64,000 nucleotides of DNA from an uncultured Christensenella sp. (GTDB lineage: Bacteria; Bacillota; Clostridia; Christensenellales; UBA3700). The stretch spans positions 1,469 to 65,468 of the forward strand of contig CAJTXS010000007.1 in assembly GCA_910583735.1 (NCBI GenBank). The letters run 5' to 3'. Every line of letters starts with the position of its first letter. The first letter of the stretch is position 1. A program made the translations under genes and the position numbers. Below, one piece after another: positions 37,185-42,765 of the stretch. The notes beneath the pieces are model-generated. The model saw only the letters and a list, made by a program, of their open reading frames with translations. It did not search any database and was not told the origin of the DNA.

Positions 37185-37363
37185 ATTGTTACAATCATAG
37201 CATTTACAACAGCGTATTTCAAGAAATATAGCGCACGATAGCTAATTTATACCAACTAATAATTTATTATGTGTCATCGTATATACAGATATAATTATTT
37301 TTTTACAGACAAAATTTCTTATAGTATAAAAATCTGCGATTAATGCGCGCTGACTTTACTTTG

Positions 37364-37927
37364 TCAATCTTCTATAAATTCCACTTTGCCTGTGTCAATG
37401 TGATAGATGGCACCTATGACTTTTGCGGATACGTTTTCCTGCGATAAAGCATTACTAATCGCGCGCGCTTCTGATTTGACGTTCAATTTGCATGCCGCAT
37501 AATCGTTATTCTCGTCTCCGATAGCGAGCTTTATCTTATCTGTAATTGATTTTATATGACCTTCGGCTCCGCCGCAGATAGCCGCATTGACAGCGCCGCA
37601 ACAGGTATGTCCTAAGACTACTACGAGCGGAGCATTTAGGTGAGACAATGCGTATTCGATACTGCCTATCGCAATATTGTCGGTTATGTTGCCCGCAACG
37701 CGAATGACAAATAAGTCTCCTATTCCCGCGCTGAATATACTTTCGGGCAACACGCGAGAATCGGAGCAAGAAACAATTACCGCACAAGGCGATTGACCGT
37801 TTCTGAAAGTATGTAACCTTGCTTCGGGCGAAATATCTCCATCGCTCTTATAAGCGCGTAGATACTTTTCGTTGCCGTCCTTCAACGCTTTTAACGATAT
37901 TTCCCACTTCTCTGCTTTACCTTGCAT
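37364..37927 (-). CDS. Beta-class carbonic anhydrase
   Basis: 187 aa. Zinc ligands in VSCSDSRV (CxDxR) and LGHTCCGAV (HxxC). Confidence 0.88.
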   Translation of the reverse strand: MQGKAEKWEISLKALKDGNEKYLRAYKSDGDISPEARLHTFRNGQSPCAVIVSCSDSRVLPESIFSAGIGDLFVIRVAGNITDNIAIGSIEYALSHLNAPLVVVLGHTCCGAVNAAICGGAEGHIKSITDKIKLAIGDENNDYAACKLNVKSEARAISNALSQENVSAKVIGAIYHIDTGKVEFIED

Positions 37928-38258
37928 TATATTGCAACTCCTCTATATTACGGTCCTTTAGCCGAGTATTTTTATTTTGACAAGTAATTAATTTGTAAAT
38001 TTTTTTTAATAGCAATTCAACCGCTTTACATAATTGTTTTATCATAATATTTCGGTTTTTTCAAGCGCATTAATTTACATGCTACTTAATTACTGTCTAC
38101 TTTATGAAAAGACGAAATTGAATTCGCTTTTTATTAGCAAATATTTTTTATGTAAAATTACGATTGGCGCACCGTTCATAAAATATTAATTAACTTATCG
38201 AGCTACTGCAATTTATCTCTTTTCTCGCATCTACGCTGTAGCTGCAAATAATCGAAAT

Positions 38259-38993
38259 TTACTTCTTTCGTCTAAACCATTTTACAAGACATACCGCCAA
38301 AGCAATTGCAAAAGGAATATGAATGATAAAGTTAATCGGAATGGCAATCTTTGCGCATATACTGTTTTCAATAACGATAGATACGATTAAAAATACAAAT
38401 GCAGCTATAAAGCATATAAGCCATAGACGATATAAGATTTTAACTGATTTCTGCTTAAAAAATGCTCGCTCTATTCCGTATCTTGAATCGAGCACATAGA
38501 TATCTTCCGAGAACTCTTCGCACACATTTACAAAATTTTTATGGATTTTGATTTTTACACAGTCAAGTTCCTGTAGATATCTAAACTCGTTAATATCGAA
38601 TAAATAATCGGTAGTAAAAGTCTTTTCTTCTCCGCAGTCGTAATACGAAAGGACTAATGAGTATCTGATATTGGTGTTTGAATTTTTACTATAATGAGCA
38701 GATTTATAATATACGATCTTTGCAGTAGAGTTAATACCGAATTTATCCGTATTAAGTCCTTTTATTATACGATAAATATCCTTGCCGCCCATATAAAGCC
38801 CTAAGCAACCGAATACAAGCATAATTAATATTAAAAGTAACGGAAGAATTATTGCCGCGCCTATTTGAGCAAATCCGTGTTTAATAACATTGGAGATAAT
38901 AAGCACAATTAAAGCGATTGCAAGCGAGGTAAAAACGCCGCCCACAATCAATTTTATCGCTATGCCGCCTATACTATATCTACGTCCGTGCAT
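38259..38993 (-). CDS. Hypothetical 4-TM membrane protein with a central soluble beta-rich domain (architecture reminiscent of DUF3592)
   Basis: 244 aa. Two N-terminal and two C-terminal hydrophobic helices flank about 110 polar residues. Very AT-rich and uses TTA codons, unlike the core genes. Confidence 0.6.
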   Translation of the reverse strand: MHGRRYSIGGIAIKLIVGGVFTSLAIALIVLIISNVIKHGFAQIGAAIILPLLLILIMLVFGCLGLYMGGKDIYRIIKGLNTDKFGINSTAKIVYYKSAHYSKNSNTNIRYSLVLSYYDCGEEKTFTTDYLFDINEFRYLQELDCVKIKIHKNFVNVCEEFSEDIYVLDSRYGIERAFFKQKSVKILYRLWLICFIAAFVFLIVSIVIENSICAKIAIPINFIIHIPFAIALAVCLVKWFRRKK

Positions 38994-39185
38994 TTTATAT
39001 ATATAATTTTAATCTATATTGCGTATTTTATGAAATTATACCGCAAACAAATATTCTCTTACAAGTCTATTGGCAATCAAATTATTAATAGCCATATTTT
39101 GAATTAATTTATAACAAAATAAAATGTTGCCTCATTATATAATGCAGGCCGTAAAGATAATAATCGCATTTAGTTGCGTGATTAT

Positions 39186-39674
39186 TTAATGAAGTGAGCT
39201 CAATGTTTGGATATAGCACCCCTTACTTTCATAATATTTCAACATTTCGGGAATTTTCTTTTTATCGTAGCTTGTAATGCAGTCGGATAACGCATGTACA
39301 ATATAGCCGTTCTTTGTCATATTATAACAAGTGGATTTTACACAAGCGATAGCGTCTGCGCCTGCCACATAAAACTCATCAATTTGATTTTCGCTGATAA
39401 AGTCGGAGAACTCTTTGCTCGTCAACGCATTGCCTTTGCTCTTTACAAAAATATTGTCGGACACGACTTTCATATCTGCAACCAACTCTGCCCCGCGCGT
39501 ATCGGGCTTAAATGTCCGCGTACCGGGTGTTAAATTATAATGTTTAATATATACAATATGGATTTTATTGTCTACAGCCCAATCAACAGCAGCATTGATA
39601 TTACCGATCACCTCTTTATAATTTTTAGTAATATCATTTTGAATATCAATTACGACCAGCGCTTTATTATTCAT
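39186..39674 (-). CDS. Isochorismatase-family cysteine hydrolase
   Basis: 162 aa. ALVVIDIQNDI (catalytic Asp region), K in FVKSKGNA, and Cys in GADAIACVKSTC. Confidence 0.82.
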   Translation of the reverse strand: MNNKALVVIDIQNDITKNYKEVIGNINAAVDWAVDNKIHIVYIKHYNLTPGTRTFKPDTRGAELVADMKVVSDNIFVKSKGNALTSKEFSDFISENQIDEFYVAGADAIACVKSTCYNMTKNGYIVHALSDCITSYDKKKIPEMLKYYESKGCYIQTLSSLH

Positions 39675-39901
39675 AGTCTACATCTCGCAAATTATATTTT
39701 TTTGATAATTCATTATAACATAATTACGATACTTTTCAATCTGTAAGTCAATTTAATTTATTTTTAATAACATTCGGGCGGTTGATTCTACAAGCGCCCG
39801 ACACAATGAAAAAATTAAAACGCTTTATTCATGCTATGCAACCCTAAAGCATGCGCTTTAGAGATGCATAACCGATTATATATTATGTTTAAGACCTATC
39901 C

Positions 39902-40147
39902 TTAGCCCTCATAGCGGTCAAGGTTGGCGCGGATAGCTTCGATGAGGCGCTTTTCTGCGGCAACTTTAGCATCTCTTGCAACCTTAGTGCAGACAAAAGT
40001 GCCGTAAAGCTTCGAAAGGTCGTCTACGAGATTATTAAGATGAACTGTGTCAAGAATATTTGCCGAACCGCAAAGTTCCTCCTCGGTAAATGCGGTTTTT
40101 GTCGGTGCAGACGTAGTTGCAGTCGTGTCGGTAATGATCTTCTCCAT
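39902..40147 (-). CDS. Hypothetical 81-aa acidic protein (Thr-rich N-terminus, helical C-terminus)
   Basis: ORF with GGAG 9 nt upstream of the ATG. GC content is visibly higher than in the neighbouring genes. No motif recognised. Confidence 0.5.
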   Translation of the reverse strand: MEKIITDTTATTSAPTKTAFTEEELCGSANILDTVHLNNLVDDLSKLYGTFVCTKVARDAKVAAEKRLIEAIRANLDRYEG

Positions 40148-40300
40148 AGAAAATATCTCCTATAATATTTATTTTTGTCCCGATTTACATAACGCTGCCG
40201 CGGATAGCCTTATGCAATGTAGTCCCATACTATTGGGCGAGACATCCTACTTGTAAGCGCGAAGATTACCAAATAAGTAGGCTCGGTAACATGTCGCGTT

Positions 40301-40329
40301 ATCATATCATACGTTATAAATGTGTTGAA
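40301..40329 (-). promoter_or_regulatory. Candidate promoter for the 81-aa orphan gene
   Basis: Minus strand TTCAAC - 17 nt - TGATATGAT (extended -10). It predicts a 5' UTR of about 145 nt. Confidence 0.35.
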
Positions 40330-40547
40330 AATGCGTAATTATTTTGCAAAAATTGTCGATGAAATTACTTTACATATTTCTCGCTGTTAATATTTATAAA
40401 CCGCGTAACTTGTTGAATCGCTTATTTGCACATTTTGTAAAAGAAGTGAAACGGAATTTACAAAAAAAATTTTAATAAATTGACGATATAATAAATATTT
40501 TTATTAGTCGATTTAACAAAATACTCTTTCAATTCCAAGTTTTTATA

Positions 40548-40871
40548 TCATTTTATAGTAGATAAGAACAGTATTCTATTTTCGTTTAGTAGATGGACAA
40601 ATTGTTCTATATTATGTTTTTCGGCTTTCAGTGATAAAGCTTCTTTAACTTCGCATGCATCTAAACAATTGTTTAATTCAATAATATGTTCATAAAGATA
40701 CATTTTTATTGATTCGTCGATTTGCTCGACCTTTTTGGTTTTCCTAATATATTAAGCATCTCCGCCTCGGACATTCCCTTATGGATATTATTTAATTGAG
40801 CAGGCGATTTTTTTGCTGAAATGCAATGCAGGGACAACTATTAACACTATAATCACAGTTATTGCAATCAT
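40548..40871 (-). pseudogene. Frameshifted relic of a small membrane-anchored protein (TM helix + GMSEAEMLNILGKP-type domain)
   Basis: Three consecutive minus-strand reading segments. The first is MIAITVIIVLIVVPALHFSKK, ending at an A7 run (40808-40814). The second, in the +1 frame, is SPAQLNNIHKGMSEAEMLNILGKPK, ending at an A5 run. The third returns to the first frame: KVEQIDESIKMYLYEHIIELNNCLDACEVKEALSLKAEKHNIEQFVHLLNENRILFLSTIK. No SD precedes the first ATG. Confidence 0.4.
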
Positions 40872-41011
40872 GCCGATAAATATATATAATATCTAGTCTA
40901 TAATAGCTACCTTTGTAAATATATTATCACTTATTATAAAATATCGCGAATAAATATTTCTCAAAATAACTTTTGGCACTGCTGTATGTGCTTAATAAAT
41001 AAGCGCGCCGC

Positions 41012-41044
41012 AAAAGAAAAAACCTAAAACAAATTTATTTTAGG
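41012..41044 (-). terminator. Weak AT-rich terminator-like hairpin
   Basis: Minus strand CCTAAAA-(8 nt)-TTTTAGG followed by TTTTTTCTTTTG. It lies about 100 nt downstream of the stronger terminator at 41141-41174. Confidence 0.35.
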
Positions 41045-41140
41045 CTTAATTGGTGGACGACAACGTGTGCCGTAAGAACCGTTTCAAAGGCAAAATCACG
41101 TAGACTCAAAAACCGCAAAAAGTAGTCGCTCGACACAAAG

Positions 41141-41174
41141 AAAAAAAGACTGACAAGATAGTTAGTCTTATCAG
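41141..41174 (-). terminator. Rho-independent terminator after the flavodoxin-ferredoxin gene
   Basis: Minus strand CTGATAAGA-ctaacta-TCTTGTCAG (one G-U pair) followed by TCTTTTTTT. Located 37 nt after the stop at 41211. Confidence 0.7.
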
Positions 41175-41210
41175 CCATACTACGTTAAATTGAAATTTAT
41201 CGTTCGATCA

Positions 41211-41972
41211 TTATTTCTTGTAGTTATCAAACTTACATTGTTCGTACACGTGTTTACCTATAATCGTAATCGCTTGTTTCGGGCAATTTGCAAAACAACG
41301 ATAACACATAGTACATCTATCTCTATAAACTACTGTATCCGCTATTACTATGTTCGACATCGGGCATATCAATACACACAAACCGCATTTTACGCATTTA
41401 CTCTCATCTGTTCTAATTTTGGTAAAATAATGCTTTGTTTTTCCGCTGAAATATAATCTCTGACCGAACACCCCTACAATACGGTAAAAAAAATTCAATC
41501 CTTCTTTCGGAAATTTGCCGTTTTTTATCCTATTGATAGTCAAGTCCATTTTGTGTTCAGCTTTTAATATTGTTTTACGATTTTCGTCAAGTGATTTTTT
41601 CAATAATTTAACGTCTCCTATACAATCAGGCATTTTTAGATGTAAACCACCTAAAATTTCTGCGCCATACTTTTTGAATAAACGTGCTGAACATCCTGCG
41701 CCGTCGCCGCTGAATAAGCCCATAGTAGCAATTACAAATATTTTCTTGCCGCGCCATAACTCGGCATTGTTTACAATAAACTCTCTAACTATCTTCGGCA
41801 AATTAGAATAATATACGGGATAGGCAAAAACAATTTCATCGCTTGACTTTACGGCGGCTATTACTCCCGCGCGCTCAATCGCATAGGAAGCACCATTACT
41901 GTCAAGCTTATTTAAGACATATTCCACACAATATTTCGTGTTGCCCGTTCCACTAAAATAAACGCCTATCAT
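41211..41972 (-). CDS. Flavodoxin-like domain fused to a 2x[4Fe-4S] ferredoxin domain (EFR1-type ferredoxin)
   Basis: 253 aa. N-terminal GVYFSGTGNTKY flavodoxin-type loop. C-terminal CVKCGLCVLICP and CTMCYRCFANCP cluster motifs. Confidence 0.82.
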   Translation of the reverse strand: MIGVYFSGTGNTKYCVEYVLNKLDSNGASYAIERAGVIAAVKSSDEIVFAYPVYYSNLPKIVREFIVNNAELWRGKKIFVIATMGLFSGDGAGCSARLFKKYGAEILGGLHLKMPDCIGDVKLLKKSLDENRKTILKAEHKMDLTINRIKNGKFPKEGLNFFYRIVGVFGQRLYFSGKTKHYFTKIRTDESKCVKCGLCVLICPMSNIVIADTVVYRDRCTMCYRCFANCPKQAITIIGKHVYEQCKFDNYKK

Positions 41973-42077
41973 ATGAATCTTTGCCCTCTAACTTACTGTT
42001 TATTGTACAATTATTATATCAAAAACAAAATATTTATTAAAGCAAACCGTAACGCACTCCGAGACTTCTTTCAAATA

Positions 42078-42115
42078 ACAAAAAATGACCGATAAGATAG
42101 CGGTTCTTATCAGTC
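42078..42115 (-). terminator. Rho-independent terminator after the tRNA cluster
   Basis: Minus strand GACTGATAAGA-accgcta-TCTTATCGGTC (11 bp, one G-U) followed by ATTTTTTG. It starts 7 nt after the tRNA-Tyr 3' end. Confidence 0.75.
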
Positions 42116-42121
42116 ATCTAA

Positions 42122-42206
42122 TGGTGGGCAGAGGTGGATTCGAACCACCGAAAGCTGAGCTGTCAGATTTACAGTCTGATCCCTTTGGCCACTCGGGAAT
42201 CTGCCC
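42122..42206 (-). tRNA. tRNA-Tyr (anticodon GTA), long variable arm, encoded CCA
   Basis: Reverse complement GGGCAGATTCCCGAGTGGCCAAAGGGATCAGACTGTAAATCTGACAGCTCAGCTTTCGGTGGTTCGAATCCACCTCTGCCCACCA. 7-bp acceptor stem, anticodon loop CTGTAAA, T-loop GGTTCGAATCC. Confidence 0.95.
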
Positions 42207-42223
42207 ATAATATTGAGATTAAT

Positions 42224-42299
42224 TGGAGCTGGTGATCGGAATCGAACCAACAACCTGCTGATTACAAATCAGCTGCTCTGCCAGTTGAGCTACACCAGC
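42224..42299 (-). tRNA. tRNA-Thr (anticodon TGT), encoded CCA
   Basis: Reverse complement GCTGGTGTAGCTCAACTGGCAGAGCAGCTGATTTGTAATCAGCAGGTTGTTGGTTCGATTCCGATCACCAGCTCCA. Anticodon loop TTTGTAA. Confidence 0.95.
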
Positions 42300-42303
42300 G
42301 TAA

Positions 42304-42379
42304 TGGTGCCTCGGGGCGGAATCGAACCACCGACACAGGGATTTTCAGTCCCTTGCTCTACCGACTGAGCTACCGAGGC
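42304..42379 (-). tRNA. tRNA-Phe (anticodon GAA), encoded CCA
   Basis: Reverse complement GCCTCGGTAGCTCAGTCGGTAGAGCAAGGGACTGAAAATCCCTGTGTCGGTGGTTCGATTCCGCCCCGAGGCACCA. Anticodon loop CTGAAAA. Confidence 0.95.
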
Positions 42380-42423
42380 ATATTTATGAGCGATATTTCT
42401 ACCGCTCATACAATAAGGAATTC

Positions 42424-42500
42424 TGGCGACTCGGATGGGACTCGAACCCACGACCTCTAGCGTGACAGGCTAGCGTTCTAACCAACTGAACTACCGAGCC
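42424..42500 (-). tRNA. tRNA-Asp (anticodon GTC), encoded CCA
   Basis: Reverse complement GGCTCGGTAGTTCAGTTGGTTAGAACGCTAGCCTGTCACGCTAGAGGTCGTGGGTTCGAGTCCCATCCGAGTCGCCA. Anticodon loop CTGTCAC. Confidence 0.95.
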
Positions 42501-42517
42501 AGATGTTATTAAGTTAA

Positions 42518-42594
42518 TGGTGGGCCATCAAGGACTCGAACCTTGGACCGACCGGTTATGAGCCGGTTGCTCTAACCAACTGAGCTAATGGCCC
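42518..42594 (-). tRNA. tRNA with CAT anticodon (elongator tRNA-Met type; lysidine-modified tRNA-Ile2 not excluded), encoded CCA
   Basis: Reverse complement GGGCCATTAGCTCAGTTGGTTAGAGCAACCGGCTCATAACCGGTCGGTCCAAGGTTCGAGTCCTTGATGGCCCACCA. G1-C72 is paired and the anticodon stem has no GGG/CCC run, so it is not an initiator. Confidence 0.9.
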
Positions 42595-42655
42595 ATGAAG
42601 TAACCTTCACGGTGTCGGCTCAAGTTATTAAGCCGTGTCGACTTGCGACTGTTAA

Positions 42656-42685
42656 AATATACTATATAGTTAAGTATGTTGTCAA
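42656..42685 (-). promoter_or_regulatory. Sigma-A-type promoter for the five-tRNA cluster
   Basis: Minus strand TTGACA - 18 nt - TATATT. Located about 60 nt upstream of the first tRNA. Confidence 0.5.
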
Positions 42686-42710
42686 GGGATTTGCAGATGT
42701 TTTATTACAT

Positions 42711-42740
42711 TTTTTCAGGCGGCAATGCCGCCCGAAAAAA
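42711..42740 (-). other. Extended hairpin just 3' of the ispH::rpsA stop (T5-stem-A6 polarity, not a terminator)
   Basis: TTTTTCAGGCGGC-aat-GCCGCCCGAAAAAA. The flanking T and A runs pair with each other and extend the GC stem to about 13 bp with one bulge. Neither strand has a U-tract after the stem. Confidence 0.6.
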
Positions 42741-42765
42741 TATAAGTAATCAATTGCAAATCTGC

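Noticed and set aside
37536-37787. 83-aa minus-strand ORF in an alternative frame inside the carbonic anhydrase gene. Similar same-strand overlapping ORFs are at 22422-22631, 32642-32836, 44001-44246, 50582-50857, 51308-51523, 60380-60610, 61036-61323 and 62703-62945.
   Set aside because: They are Arg/Ser/Cys-rich off-frame translations nested in genes with clear motifs. They have no independent SD or start context and no recognisable domains.
39540-39746. Plus-strand ORFs of 60-90 aa in the AT-rich accessory stretch (39540-39746, 40047-40256, 41190-41456, 39294-39533).
   Set aside because: They overlap better-supported minus-strand genes or their leaders and consist of Ile/Asn/Phe/Tyr low-complexity sequence, as expected from AT-rich DNA. 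They have no SD.
41051-41140. Minus-strand sequence ending ...GTTGTCGTCCACCA, resembling a tRNA acceptor 3' end with CCA and suggesting a sixth tRNA or an att-site remnant.
   Set aside because: No complementary 5' acceptor strand (GGACGAC) lies 70-90 nt upstream. There is no T-arm (GGTTCTTACGG has no pairing stem) and no D- or anticodon-arm geometry. At most it is a degraded fragment, and it is not callable.
42711-42740. GC-rich hairpin flanked by T5 and A6 runs, which looks like a bidirectional terminator after ispH::rpsA.
   Set aside because: The polarity is inverted (T-run 5' and A-run 3' on both strands), so no U-tract follows the stem on either transcript. The runs simply extend the helix. 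It is kept as an unexplained hairpin, not a terminator.
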